DNA of 64,000 bases from assembly GCF_000737315.1 (NCBI RefSeq), contig NZ_JMCB01000018.1:62001-126000 (forward strand), read 5' to 3'. Of the stretch, positions 36,096 to 46,133 are shown in pieces (position 1 is the stretch's first letter; each line of letters starts with the position of its first letter). The DNA comes from Hyalangium minutum (GTDB lineage Bacteria > Myxococcota > Myxococcia > Myxococcales > Myxococcaceae). Made by a program: the position numbers and the translations under genes. Under the pieces are notes generated by a model that was given only the letters and a program-made list of their open reading frames with translations, was not told the DNA's origin and ran no database searches.

Positions 36096-38126
36096 TTACA
36101 GCGACGACGCCTCACGCGCCTGGGCGTCCCGGTTGGCGGTGTCGCGCTCGATGCAGCCCTTGGTGAGCGTGTACTGGTAGGTGCCCAGCTCGTCGCGCCA
36201 GTACTCACCCTCGTACGGCCAATAGAGTTGATCATCCGCCACGGCCACGGTGTACCGGTACTTCTTGACGATGGCCGTCTTGCCGCCCGCCTTGAGCTGC
36301 TCCTCGAGGAACTCCTTCTCCTTCGTCGTCGTCTCGAACTTGATGCGCAGGCCGTTGGCCAAGAGCTGCTTCAGGGCAATCAGCTCTGTCTCCAGCTTGC
36401 CCTTGGACATGATGCCCGCCTTCTGGATGAGGCCGGTGCGCTGCTCCTTGAGCCCCTCCAGCAGCTCCTTCGAGAGCTCCGAGTACTTGAAGGTGTCGCC
36501 CTTCGCGCCGAAGGCATCCAGCTCACCCTCCAGCTCGAGGATGGAGTCGTTGGTCTTCTTCAGGTCCTGGTCCGTCAGGGCCAGCCGGAGGATGCGCTCC
36601 AGGATCACCTCGGTGCCGGACAACTTCTCCTTGTCCTTCTTCTGCACGTCGGCCAGCACGCTGTAGTACTCGCCGGCCTCCATGTTCTTCTGCACCAGCA
36701 GCTGCAGCTGGTCGTGCACCGGCAGGTAGGTGCGCTCGAAGTCCTGGAGAATGAGGCTGGACTCACGGTAGCGGCAGTTCTCGTAATAGATGACCGCCTT
36801 GAGGATGAGCGCCTCGGGGAAGTACTCGTCCCGGAAGAAGGGCGAGGACAGGGTGATGAGGTTGCCCAGCGCCTGCTCGTACTGGCCCACGCGGTAGTTG
36901 GCCCAGCTGGCCTCGAACATCGCCTCCAGCCACTGGGTGGTGCCGCGCTCGATCTTCCCGAAGTAGAAGATGGCGTAGCGGTTCTGCTGCATGCCGTAGT
37001 GCGTGCGCGCCAACTGCATGAAGGCGAGCTCGCGCAGCGACTGGTCCAGCTTGGCCTCCTCGCCCGTCTTGCCGCCGGGACGCGTCAGGCGCACCACTTC
37101 CTTCATGGCCTCGATGGCCGAGGCCATACTGGTGTCCGAGCGCCGGGCCTCCGCCGACCGCACCTTGTTGCCGTTGCGGAAGTACGCCAGGCCCTCCAGG
37201 AACTTGGCCCGGGGGTAGAACGCGTCGCTGCGAGGAATCAGCGTGGTCAGCCGCTTCACCTCCTCGAAGCTCTTGTCCGCCTGATCCTGCTGGCCCACCT
37301 GGTCCAGCGCGCGGCCGCGCACGAAGTGGTAGCGCGCCAGCAGGTAGTGGAACTCGCTGCGGAACTTCTCGGGGAACTCGTAGTTCGCGTAGCGGGCGAT
37401 CTCATCGAGGATCACCGTCTCGTTCTTCGTCTTGCGGCTGATGAAGAACAGCCACTCCAGACTGGTCTTGAAGAACTTGGTCTGCGGGCCCACCGCGAGG
37501 ATCTTCGAGAACTCGCCCAGCGACGAGTGGTACAGCCCCATGCGGTACAGGGCCTTGGCCACCACGTAGCGGGCCTCGACATGGTTGCCCGCCTGCTGCT
37601 GATCCTTGAGGACCTCGTAGGCGGCCATGGCGGCCTGCTCGTACTCGTCGTTCTTGAAGAGCGACACGGCCACGTCGAGCTTCTGGCGGTCCGTCGACTT
37701 GCCGGACACATCCACCGCCTCGAAGGTCATCCCCCCGGACTGGGGCTTGTTGGAGTTGCCGCTGCCGGTGAGATCCAGCCCCAGGCCACCGCTCTGCGTG
37801 TCCTGGGCTGCGGGCGTCGCGGGCGCGGAGACCGGGTTGGGCGCCTCGGTGGGCGCAGGCGAAGGAGCCGTCTCGGTCGCGGTATCCGTCGCCGCGGGGA
37901 CGGTGGGCGTCGTCTCGGTGGGCGCCACCGACGAGGACTCCTCATCAGAGGAGGAGCCCTTCTTGCCCTTCTTCTTCTTCTTGCTCGACGTGCTGGCCTT
38001 GCCCTTCTTCTTCTTCTTGGAGCTGGACGTGTCGAGGCCCTCGAAGCTCTGAGCCGGGGCCGGCATGGCCCAGACGAGCGCGAGCCCGAGGAGCGCGAGG
38101 CGGAGGAGTCGGAGGGAGCGGGTCAT
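36096..38126 (-). CDS. gltC: Adventurous gliding motility TPR protein GltC
   Basis: Start re-called to ATG 38126 (676 aa). Signal peptide, TPR helices, C-terminal YWPYEGEYWRDELG; position in the cglC/gltB/gltA/gltC locus. Confidence 0.85.
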   Translation of the reverse strand: MTRSLRLLRLALLGLALVWAMPAPAQSFEGLDTSSSKKKKKGKASTSSKKKKKGKKGSSSDEESSSVAPTETTPTVPAATDTATETAPSPAPTEAPNPVSAPATPAAQDTQSGGLGLDLTGSGNSNKPQSGGMTFEAVDVSGKSTDRQKLDVAVSLFKNDEYEQAAMAAYEVLKDQQQAGNHVEARYVVAKALYRMGLYHSSLGEFSKILAVGPQTKFFKTSLEWLFFISRKTKNETVILDEIARYANYEFPEKFRSEFHYLLARYHFVRGRALDQVGQQDQADKSFEEVKRLTTLIPRSDAFYPRAKFLEGLAYFRNGNKVRSAEARRSDTSMASAIEAMKEVVRLTRPGGKTGEEAKLDQSLRELAFMQLARTHYGMQQNRYAIFYFGKIERGTTQWLEAMFEASWANYRVGQYEQALGNLITLSSPFFRDEYFPEALILKAVIYYENCRYRESSLILQDFERTYLPVHDQLQLLVQKNMEAGEYYSVLADVQKKDKEKLSGTEVILERILRLALTDQDLKKTNDSILELEGELDAFGAKGDTFKYSELSKELLEGLKEQRTGLIQKAGIMSKGKLETELIALKQLLANGLRIKFETTTKEKEFLEEQLKAGGKTAIVKKYRYTVAVADDQLYWPYEGEYWRDELGTYQYTLTKGCIERDTANRDAQAREASSL

Positions 38127-38968
38127 GACTCGGGGAGAGCGGTGGGGAGGAAGAAGGAGACACCCAGCTCGAACATCAGCTGGTTGCGCAGGGTGGTGGC
38201 CGGAAGGATGGCCTTCTCCACGTAGATGAGGTCTCTCACCTCCGTGCGCAGCGTCATGTAGCGGTTGAGGAAGAAGCGGAAGCCAACGCCCACGTTGCCG
38301 CCCGCGGTCATCCGCGAGGTGCTCTGCACCCCGGCGGTGTCCGGCGGCCCCTTGTACTGCACCAGGGAGGCGCCCAGGACGCCGTACATGTCGAAGTGGG
38401 CGAAGCTCTCGGCCAGCAGGGAGATCTTCCCGTAGATGGGCGCCCACTGCACGTCCACGCCACCCAGCAGGGTGAGCTGGCCGGGCGCGGCGCCGTCGAG
38501 CTGCTCGAAGGTCGGCGCGTTGCAACCCCGGCTCACGCCGCCGGAGCCGCTATCAGTGAAGGTGCAGATCTGCGCCGCGCCGGACACCGTGGGGATGGAG
38601 TAGCCGGCGCGCAAGCCGACGCCGAACGTCTCCGTGGGGAAGTAGGTGAACGTGGCCCCGAAGATGTACTTGCGGAAGAAGGCATCCCGCAGGGAGATGG
38701 TGGCCGACGGGCTGATCTCGAAGCGGCCGCGCTTGAGGAACAGGTGGCCGGACACCGGGCGGATGCGCTCGCGCAGAGGGCCCAGGTCGTCCTTGTCCAC
38801 CTCGGAGACGTCACCGGCCTCGGACTCCGAGGAGCCCGTGGAAGACGCCGGCCGGGGGGCCGCCGCGGGCTTCTCGGCCGCAGGCTTCTCGGCCGCGGGC
38901 TTGTCGGTCTGGGCCTGCGCCACCACGGGCAGCAGGCTGAGGGCCAGGAGCAGGCGAAGGAGTCTCAT
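38123..38968 (-). CDS. gltA: Gliding motility outer-membrane beta-barrel GltA
   Basis: Start re-called to ATG 38968 (TGATG overlap). Signal peptide; barrel motifs GRFEISP, WAPIYGK, FDMYG, FELGVSFF. Paralogous to the upstream gene. gltA versus gltB assigned by gene order. Confidence 0.75.
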   Translation of the reverse strand: MRLLRLLLALSLLPVVAQAQTDKPAAEKPAAEKPAAAPRPASSTGSSESEAGDVSEVDKDDLGPLRERIRPVSGHLFLKRGRFEISPSATISLRDAFFRKYIFGATFTYFPTETFGVGLRAGYSIPTVSGAAQICTFTDSGSGGVSRGCNAPTFEQLDGAAPGQLTLLGGVDVQWAPIYGKISLLAESFAHFDMYGVLGASLVQYKGPPDTAGVQSTSRMTAGGNVGVGFRFFLNRYMTLRTEVRDLIYVEKAILPATTLRNQLMFELGVSFFLPTALPES

Positions 38969-39789
38969 CACTCGCTCTCCCGTCCCGTGGACCGCAGCGG
39001 GAAGAACAACGAGATACCGGCATTGATCGTCATGAGGTTCTGAACGGCACCCTTGCTGGTGCCCAGTGGCTGGTCGACGTACGAGGTGTTGATGAGCGCC
39101 ACGTTCACGGCCAGGAAGTCCTTGGCCACGAAGCGCATTCCCAGGCCCAGGTCCGCGCCGATGCTGATGGAGCGGCCCTCCAGCGCGGAGGTCTCCGTCT
39201 TCACCACGCCCGCGCCGCCCAGCAGGTAGCCGTCGAAGTGGAGGATGGAGTTGAGGAAGGCCACCTTTCCATAGAGCGGCGCCCACTCCACATCCGCCAT
39301 GCCGGACCACTGCGGCACCGAGTGGTAGATGCGGCTCTGGAAGGCGCGCTTGGCGGTGCGCACGTCATCCGACGGGAGCACCTGCATCACCGAGCCGCGC
39401 GCGGAGATGGCCAGTGTGTCCGCGAAGTAGTACGCGCCACGCAGCGACGCGCCGAACTTCGAGTAGTACGGATCATTGATCGAGAGGCTCACCAGCGGCG
39501 TCAGCTCGAAGCGTCCCTTCTTCAGGTACACCTTGCGCTGGACGCTCTTGACGCGGTCCTCGTTGGTGATGTCGGTGGGCAGCAGCTCCTGCCCCGGAGC
39601 GGGCGTTGCCACGCTCGGCGTGGGCGGCGGCTCTGCGAGTGGAGGGGTCTCAGGAGAGGATTCGGGCTGCTCCTCGGGCTTGCTGGCGTCGTCCTGTTGG
39701 GTGAGGTCCAACCCCATCCCTTGATCTTGGGCGAGCGCCAGCGCGGGCCAGAGGCAGAGCGCGAGCAGAGTGGCCTGGAGGCGATTCAC
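38968..39789 (-). CDS. gltB: Gliding motility outer-membrane beta-barrel GltB
   Basis: Signal peptide; GRFELTP, WAPLYGK, FDGY and INAGISLFF; divergent from cglC as in the M. xanthus locus. Confidence 0.75.
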   Translation of the reverse strand: MNRLQATLLALCLWPALALAQDQGMGLDLTQQDDASKPEEQPESSPETPPLAEPPPTPSVATPAPGQELLPTDITNEDRVKSVQRKVYLKKGRFELTPLVSLSINDPYYSKFGASLRGAYYFADTLAISARGSVMQVLPSDDVRTAKRAFQSRIYHSVPQWSGMADVEWAPLYGKVAFLNSILHFDGYLLGGAGVVKTETSALEGRSISIGADLGLGMRFVAKDFLAVNVALINTSYVDQPLGTSKGAVQNLMTINAGISLFFPLRSTGRESE

Positions 39790-40045
39790 TTCCGGAAGCT
39801 CCGTGTGTGGTGGGGCGACGAGCCGCCTGCGAAAATTCGGAGTGTCAACGGCTCGGGCATCCTATCCGCCGCAGTGCCCCTCCTCAACCAATCCGAACCT
39901 GCCTGCTCATCATCTATCCCTGCGCCATTTTTGAACAATTCCGTTCTGGGCACCCGCTCCACGAGTCGGTTGGCAGCGCGAACCCCTGTGGTACGGTGCA
40001 GTCCTCTCTGTGCATTCCCCTCTCATCATGAGGTGCGAGCTGATC

Positions 40046-40540
40046 ATGTCCGTGCGTCTGGCCATCTTCCTGAGCGCCGCCGCCCTGCTGGCCAGCGGGT
40101 GCGATGTCACCACCCAGCTGGGCGTTCCCTGCGTGCTGGTGAAGCGCGATCCCACCTCCGACAGCACCACGGGTGTGCGCTCCACCCCCGTCCTGGAGGG
40201 CGAGATCGCTGAAAACCAGGACTTCATCTCCTTTGGATCCACGGACTGCGAGGACCTCATCTGCGTCCGGGATGCGGATGCCCCGCGGGACTCGGACCCG
40301 AACGCGCCGGCCCAGGGCTACTGCAGCCAGGAGTGCGTGGCGGGCTCGTCCTCGTGTGAGGTGACGGACACCAGCGTGGACGAGGTGCTGCGCAACCGGA
40401 TGGATTGCCGCCCGCTGCTGCTGGACCAGGCCTCGCTGGAGCGCCTCAAGCGGGACGATCCGGTCACCTACCGGAACACCTTCGGGGAGACGAACTCCCC
40501 GTATTTCTGCGCCGGCAAACTGTCCGCGCAGCCGGAGTGA
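40046..40540 (+). CDS. cglC: Adventurous gliding motility lipoprotein CglC (AgmO)
   Basis: Start re-called to ATG 40046. Lipobox LASGC; Cys-rich C.LVK...DFISFG..DCEDLIC...GYCS..C; divergent from gltB. Confidence 0.82.
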   Translation: MSVRLAIFLSAAALLASGCDVTTQLGVPCVLVKRDPTSDSTTGVRSTPVLEGEIAENQDFISFGSTDCEDLICVRDADAPRDSDPNAPAQGYCSQECVAGSSSCEVTDTSVDEVLRNRMDCRPLLLDQASLERLKRDDPVTYRNTFGETNSPYFCAGKLSAQPE

Positions 40541-40545
40541 CATAC

Positions 40546-40580
40546 TGGCGCGCGGCCCTTTAGACCTTTTTCGCGCGCCA
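40546..40580. other. Inverted repeat between cglC and the vWA gene
   Basis: tggcgcgcg (40546-40554) / cgcgcgcca (40572-40580) with a 17-nt pyrimidine-rich spacer; hairpin or protein-binding site. Confidence 0.4.
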
Positions 40581-40622
40581 TTCGTCTGATGCAGGGCCTG
40601 CTGCTTCCAAGGAGCCCTGCCC

Positions 40623-42065
40623 ATGAACAAGACGTCCACCTTCCTGGCCCTGGCCGGTACCCTGGCGCTGGTGGCCCTGGTGTTGGGGATGCCGCGCGCG
40701 GTGTCCCCCACCCCGCCGGCCCCGCCCCAGCCGCACATCGCCACCCCCGTTCCGCCGACGCCCCCTCCTCCGCCTACACCTCCGGCACAGGCGTCGAACG
40801 GCTCTCTGACGATGACGAGCCGGCTGTCGCACCCCTACATCACCCTGGGCAGCTCGGATGAGTTCGTCACGGTGGACGTGACGGGGGCCGAGGTCCCGGG
40901 CTCGCAGCGCAGCCCGGTGAACCTGGCGCTGGTGATTGACCGGTCCGGCTCCATGAGCGGCTACAAGCTGGCGCAGGCGAAGCAGGCGGCGCGTCAACTG
41001 GTGAACCTTTTGAGGGACGAGGACCGGCTGTCCATCGTCCACTACGGCTCGGACGTGAAGGCGCTGCCGAGCATGGCGGCCACGTCCTCGAATCGGGCGC
41101 GGATGCTCCAGTACATCGAGGGCATCTGGGACGAGGGCGGCACCAACATCAGCGCGGGCCTGACGACGGGACAGAACCAGGTGAACACCGCGCGCCGTGA
41201 GTACAAGGTGAACCGCATCATCCTCATCAGCGACGGGCAGCCCACCGAGGGCGTCACGGATGAGCAGAGCCTGAAGCAGGTGGTGAAGAACATCCGCGCG
41301 CAGGGGGTGACGGTGAGCTCCATTGGTGTGGGCACGGACTTCAACGAGGACCTGATGCAGGCGTTCGCCGAGTACGGCGCGGGGGCGTACGGCTTCCTGG
41401 AGGACGCGGGCAAGCTGGCGGGCATCTTCCAAAAGGACTTGCAGCAGGCGGCCACGCTGGTGGCGCGCAACGTGGAGCTGTCCTTCGAGCTGCCGGACGG
41501 CGTCCTCTTGGGCGAGGTGCTGGGCTACCAGGCGCACCAGGCCGGGCGCACGGTGCGCGTGGCGATGCCGGACTTCTCCGCGGGCCAGACGGAGCGCGTG
41601 GTGGCGCGGCTGAAGGTGACGGGCTCGGCGGTGGGTCAGGCGGTGAACGTTACGGGGCTGAAGCTGACGTACACGGACCTGCTGAAGGACGGGACGGTGG
41701 AGAGCACGGCGAGCCTGTCGGCGATGGTGACGGACCGGATGGAGGAGGTGGCGGCGAAGCAGGACAAGGACGCCACGGTGTACGCGGTGCGGGCGCGCAG
41801 CGCGGCCAACCTCCAGAAGGCAGCCGAGGCCCTGAAGGTGGGCCGCCGGGACGAGGCGCGGCAGCTCATCCAGCTGAACCAGGAGATGTTCAACGAGGCA
41901 GCCTCGGTGGCGGGCGCTCCGGCGGTGGCCGCGGACATGGCCGAGCAGAAGGCGGCCTACGACGAGTACGAGCAGGCCCAGAGCAGCGAAGAGGTGAACG
42001 CGGCGGTGAAGCGCTCGAAGTCCAAGGCGCTCAAGGACTTTGGGCGCATGGGCTCGACGTACTGA
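40623..42065 (+). CDS. vWA-domain protein with N-terminal anchor and Pro-rich linker
   Basis: MIDAS DRSGS, GGTN and ILISDG motifs; poly-Pro stalk after the hydrophobic N-terminus. Confidence 0.88.
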   Translation: MNKTSTFLALAGTLALVALVLGMPRAVSPTPPAPPQPHIATPVPPTPPPPPTPPAQASNGSLTMTSRLSHPYITLGSSDEFVTVDVTGAEVPGSQRSPVNLALVIDRSGSMSGYKLAQAKQAARQLVNLLRDEDRLSIVHYGSDVKALPSMAATSSNRARMLQYIEGIWDEGGTNISAGLTTGQNQVNTARREYKVNRIILISDGQPTEGVTDEQSLKQVVKNIRAQGVTVSSIGVGTDFNEDLMQAFAEYGAGAYGFLEDAGKLAGIFQKDLQQAATLVARNVELSFELPDGVLLGEVLGYQAHQAGRTVRVAMPDFSAGQTERVVARLKVTGSAVGQAVNVTGLKLTYTDLLKDGTVESTASLSAMVTDRMEEVAAKQDKDATVYAVRARSAANLQKAAEALKVGRRDEARQLIQLNQEMFNEAASVAGAPAVAADMAEQKAAYDEYEQAQSSEEVNAAVKRSKSKALKDFGRMGSTY

Positions 42066-42242
42066 GCCTGGGGCAGGCTCCCGAGGCAGGCACGCATGCG
42101 AGGGCTCCGCTGGGAACGGCGGGGCCCTCGGTGTTTTCGGATGGACGTCCCGCGGTTCTGGGTTGACCGATGGAATCCCCCGGCCCTATCTCCGCGTTCT
42201 TCCTGCCCTGCTGGCGGGAGAGCGCAGGAGGCGCGACACGGC

Positions 42243-42740
42243 ATGGCGAGCGCGGACACCCCATGGGTTGGGGTCATCATGGGCGGCAAGAGCGACCTCG
42301 AGTACCTGCGCCCGGCAATCGACATCCTCACGGAGCTGGGGATTCCGCACGAGGTGCGGGTGGTGTCGGCGCACCGCACGCCGGACTGGATGATGGAGTA
42401 CGCGTCCACGGCGGAGGCCCGAGGGCTGTCAGTCATCATCGCGGCGGCGGGAGGGGCAGCCCACCTACCCGGCATGGTGGCGAGCAAGACGCTGCTGCCG
42501 GTGCTGGGGGTGCCGATGCCCACCACGCTGCTGGCGGGATTGGATGCGCTGATGTCCATCGTGCAGATGCCCAAGGGCGTGCCGGTGGGGACGCAGGCGA
42601 TTGGCAAGCCGGGGGCAGCGAACGCGGCACTGCATGCGGCGTCGATCCTGGCCCTCAAGTATCCGGAGCTTCGGGCGCGGCTGGCGGCGTGGCGGCAGGC
42701 GCGTACCGACGAGGTGCTCCGGGATCGGGTGCTCTCATGA
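42243..42740 (+). CDS. purE: N5-CAIR mutase
   Basis: Start re-called to ATG 42243. [24 protein letters not shown] and [11 protein letters not shown]. Confidence 0.96.
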   Translation: MASADTPWVGVIMGGKSDLEYLRPAIDILTELGIPHEVRVVSAHRTPDWMMEYASTAEARGLSVIIAAAGGAAHLPGMVASKTLLPVLGVPMPTTLLAGLDALMSIVQMPKGVPVGTQAIGKPGAANAALHAASILALKYPELRARLAAWRQARTDEVLRDRVLS

Positions 42741-43873
42741 AGACGGTTCTGCCGGGTGGGACGATTGGGATTCTGGGGGGCGGGCAGCTCGGGCGGATGA
42801 TGGCGCTGTCGGCGCGCACGCTGGGGTTCCAGGTGCAGGCGCTGGATCCGGATCCAGCGTGCCCGGCGCGCTGGGTGGTGGACCAGTGCTACACGGCAGA
42901 CTTCGGGGACACGCGGGCGGCGGCGCAGCTGGCGCGGGCGTGTGATGTGGTGACGCTGGAGATCGAGAAGATTCCCCTGGCGTCGCTTCGTGCGGCGGCG
43001 GAGCAAGCGCCGCTGCGGCCCTCGGCGGCGGTGCTGGAGATGGTGCAGCACCGTGGACGGCAGAAGGCATGGCTGGCGAAGCAGGGCTTCCCGCTGGGAC
43101 CGTGGCAGGAGCTGAACGGCGCTGCGGAACTGGGCACGGCGGTGGCGGCACTAGGAGGCAAGTGCTTCGTGAAGTCCTGCGAGGGCGGCTACGACGGGCG
43201 CGGGCAGGTGGTGGTGAAGGCCGCGACGGAGGCAGGGCAAGCGTGGAAGGACTTGGGCGAGAGCGCGGTGGTGGCCGAGGCCACGCTGGACCTGGAATCC
43301 GAGCTGTCCGTGCTGGTGGCGCGAAGCCCGAAGGGCGAGACGGTGGTGTACCCACCGGCCTACAACCACCACGAGGAGCGGATCCTCGCGTGGTCACTGT
43401 TGCCGGGGCCGGTGCCGCCGCAAGTGGCGGCGAAGGCGGCGGAGATCGCGCGGGACATGGCGAACGCGCTCCAGGTCGAAGGGCTGCTGGTGGTGGAGAT
43501 GTTCCTGCTGAAGGACGGGCGGCTGCTGGTGAACGAGCTGGCGCCGCGTCCGCACAACAGCTTCCACGCGACGGAGGTGGCCTGCCTCACGAGCCAGTTC
43601 GAGCAGGCGGTGCGAGCGGTGTGCAACCTGCCCTTGGGCTCGGTGGAGGTGGTGCGGCCGGCAGCCATCGTGAACCTGCTGGGAGACCTGTGGCTGACCG
43701 AGGGCGGCCCGCGCTTCGAACAAGTGCTGGCGATGCCGGGGGTGCGGCTGCACCTGTACGGCAAGCGGGATGCACGCAAAGGCCGGAAGATGGGGCACCT
43801 GTCGGCGGTGGGGACGACTCCCGAGGAGGCGCTGGCGCGGGTGAAGGCGGCTTCTCGAGCGCTGGGGATGTGA
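42737..43873 (+). CDS. purK: N5-CAIR synthase (ATP-grasp)
   Basis: Start re-called to ATG 42737. [33 protein letters not shown] and HLYGK...RKMGH. Confidence 0.96.
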   Translation: MKTVLPGGTIGILGGGQLGRMMALSARTLGFQVQALDPDPACPARWVVDQCYTADFGDTRAAAQLARACDVVTLEIEKIPLASLRAAAEQAPLRPSAAVLEMVQHRGRQKAWLAKQGFPLGPWQELNGAAELGTAVAALGGKCFVKSCEGGYDGRGQVVVKAATEAGQAWKDLGESAVVAEATLDLESELSVLVARSPKGETVVYPPAYNHHEERILAWSLLPGPVPPQVAAKAAEIARDMANALQVEGLLVVEMFLLKDGRLLVNELAPRPHNSFHATEVACLTSQFEQAVRAVCNLPLGSVEVVRPAAIVNLLGDLWLTEGGPRFEQVLAMPGVRLHLYGKRDARKGRKMGHLSAVGTTPEEALARVKAASRALGM

Positions 43874-43877
43874 CGCT

Positions 43878-44354
43878 GTGAAGACGAACGCTGCCCGCCT
43901 GCTGGACACCCTTGGGGTGAAGTACGAGCTGCGCGAGTACGAGGTGGATCCCGAGGACCTCTCTGCGGAGACCGTCGCCGCGAAAGTGGGCCTGCCCGCG
44001 GAGCAGGTCTTCAAGACGCTGGTGGCGCGCGGAGACCGGACGGGCGTGCTGATGGCGGTGGTGCCAGGCGACGCGGAGCTGGACCTGAAGGCGCTAGCGA
44101 AGCTGAGCGGAGACCGGAAGGTAGACACGGTGCCGCTCAAGGAGCTTCAGCCACTGACGGGCTTCATCCGAGGCGGTGTGACAGCCATCGGCGGCAAGAA
44201 GGAGTACCCGGTCTTCGTAGAGGAGACAGTGGAGCTGTTCGATGTGATCTCGGTGTCCGCAGGCATTCGCGGCACGCAGATCCTCATGGCCCCTGCGGAC
44301 TACTTGAAGGTGATCAAAGGCAAGGTCGGTCCCATCTCCCGCCCTAAGAGCTGA
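43878..44354 (+). CDS. ybaK: Cys-tRNA(Pro) deacylase
   Basis: KTNAARLLD, QVFKTLV, TGFIRGG and ISVSAG.RG motifs. Confidence 0.93.
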   Translation: MKTNAARLLDTLGVKYELREYEVDPEDLSAETVAAKVGLPAEQVFKTLVARGDRTGVLMAVVPGDAELDLKALAKLSGDRKVDTVPLKELQPLTGFIRGGVTAIGGKKEYPVFVEETVELFDVISVSAGIRGTQILMAPADYLKVIKGKVGPISRPKS

Positions 44355-44401
44355 GGGCTTCGGAACTGAACCTCAGCCGACCGGTCTTGTAGAAGACGAA
44401 G

Positions 44402-45340
44402 GTGCCAAATCCGTCTTATGCTCGCTTCGCGAAGATGCGCGCGGAGATGATCGAGCAGGTCGGAATCCCGAAGTACCGGCGTATCGTCTCCTTCCTCAAG
44501 CTCCTGCCACCGACCGTTCCGGTGCTCGCAACGACAGCCACGGCGAACGCACGAGTCGTCGAGGACGTCCAGGAGCAGTTTGGCGGAAAGCTCCATGTCA
44601 TGCGGGGGCCGTTCGTCCGCGAGAGCCTCAGGCTCCAAACGCTCCAGTTCCCGAAACAACCGGCCCGGCTGGCATGGCTCGTGAAACACCTGGGCAAGCT
44701 TCCTGGCACTGGCATCATCTATTGCCTCACGGTGCGGGACGCGCGCCGCGTGAGTGAATGGCTTGAGCGCAACGGCATTGCCGCGCCCGTCTACTCTGGC
44801 CAGATGGATGACTCGCAGCGCCCCGTGCTCGAGCAGGCGCTGCTGAACAACAAAGTGAAGGCCCTCGTCGCGACGTCAGCTCTGGGGATGGGCTTCGACA
44901 AGCCTGACATGGGCTTCGTCGTCCATTTCCAGCGACCTGCCTCCGTCGTCCACTACTATCAGCAGGTCGGCCGCGCGGGGCGAAAGCTCGACAGCGCGGT
45001 GGGCATCTTGCTCGGCGGCGCTGAGGACGACGAGATCGCTGAGTACTTCATCGAGTCCGCCTTCCCACCCGCAGCACAAATGAAAGCGGTACTCGCCACA
45101 CTGGAGCAGATCGACGACGGTGCCTCCATTCCAGAGCTTCAGGCGTCACTCAACCTTTCCCAAGGAGCACTCGAGAAGGTCCTGACTCTTGCGGAGACAC
45201 TGGTGCCCGCTCCAGTAACGAAGCAGGGCTCCCGCTATAAGCGCACTCCGGTGCATTACGCCCATGACCCAGAGCGGATCAACAAGCTCCTCGCGCTGCG
45301 CAAGGAGGAGCAACGCGTCATGCAGGTGTACATGAGCACA
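44402..45340 (+). pseudogene. Internal fragment of a RecQ-like helicase (PsyrT/RqlH-like), lacking the 5' end and the C-terminal domains
   Basis: Homology starts just after where DEAH would lie (PKYRRIV...VLATTATAN). Then GIIYCLT, LVATSALGMGFDKPD and YYQQVGRAGR. No Walker A or DEAH. Homology ends at EQRVMQVYMST (~45340). Confidence 0.8.
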
Positions 45341-45344
45341 CTCG

Positions 45345-45959
45345 GGGCTGGACGCTGGGGGCGTAGCCATTGTGGGTTCGCGAGCTGCAGACGTCGCAGC
45401 GCTTCAGTTCACCCAACGGCTCGCGCAGCGCTGCGCCAGGGCTGGACTGGTGACGATCTCGGGGGGCGCAAAGGGGGTGGACCGGGAGGCGATGACAGCG
45501 GCGCTCGCCGCAGGGGGACACGTGCTCGGCGTCCTCCCAGGAGATCTGGAGCGCGCGGCGCTGGAGAAGACCTTCCGGAAGGCGCTGGAAGACGAGCGAA
45601 TGACGCTGCTATCGCCATACGATCCTGGTGCGCGCTTCACGGTCTGGAGCGCCATGGATCGCAACAAGGACGTCTACGCGCTCAGCGACTTCGGCGTGGT
45701 TGTGAGCTCGGACTTTGACAAGGGCGGAACATGGGCGGGGGCGCTGGAGAACCTCCAGGCGCGCTGGGTGCCACTCTTCGTCCGAGCCGGGCCAGGGACG
45801 TTGGAGGGAAATCCCCGCCTCGTTGAGCGTGGCGGCATACCGCTCAACTTGGAGGACCTGGAGGGAGCATCGGATTGGGGCACATGGCTCCGCCGTAAGT
45901 CCACGGTGGCGGGCGAAGCCCCCTCTTTCCCGCCTGAGCAGTCCGATTTACCCATCTGA
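45345..45959 (+). pseudogene. 5'-truncated DprA/Smf-like protein (PsyrA/RqlI-like)
   Basis: Frame reads GLDAGGVAIVGSR...ISGGAKGVD...GVLPGDL...LLSPY...AMDRNKDVYALSD...GGTWAGA; in-frame stop at 45333 just upstream; no start context. Confidence 0.78.
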
Positions 45960-46133
45960 GAACCAGCCCAGCCTTCCAAAGCCTGAACGGCAGGCTCAGG
46001 GACAGCCACTGCTGGAGCAGTTGGGCAGAGTGGATGGGCTGCGCCCGAAGCTGTCATTCGAGGAGGTGTCACTGCAGGCGCTGGATGCAGAGCGGGTGTT
46101 GAGCAGCCTGGGGGAGTGGCTGCGGCACGCTCT

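Noticed and set aside
44402-45718. Treating the 438-aa ORF as an intact RecQ
   Set aside because: It has no Walker A or DEAH, and the last ~125 codons are an out-of-frame read of the DprA fragment.
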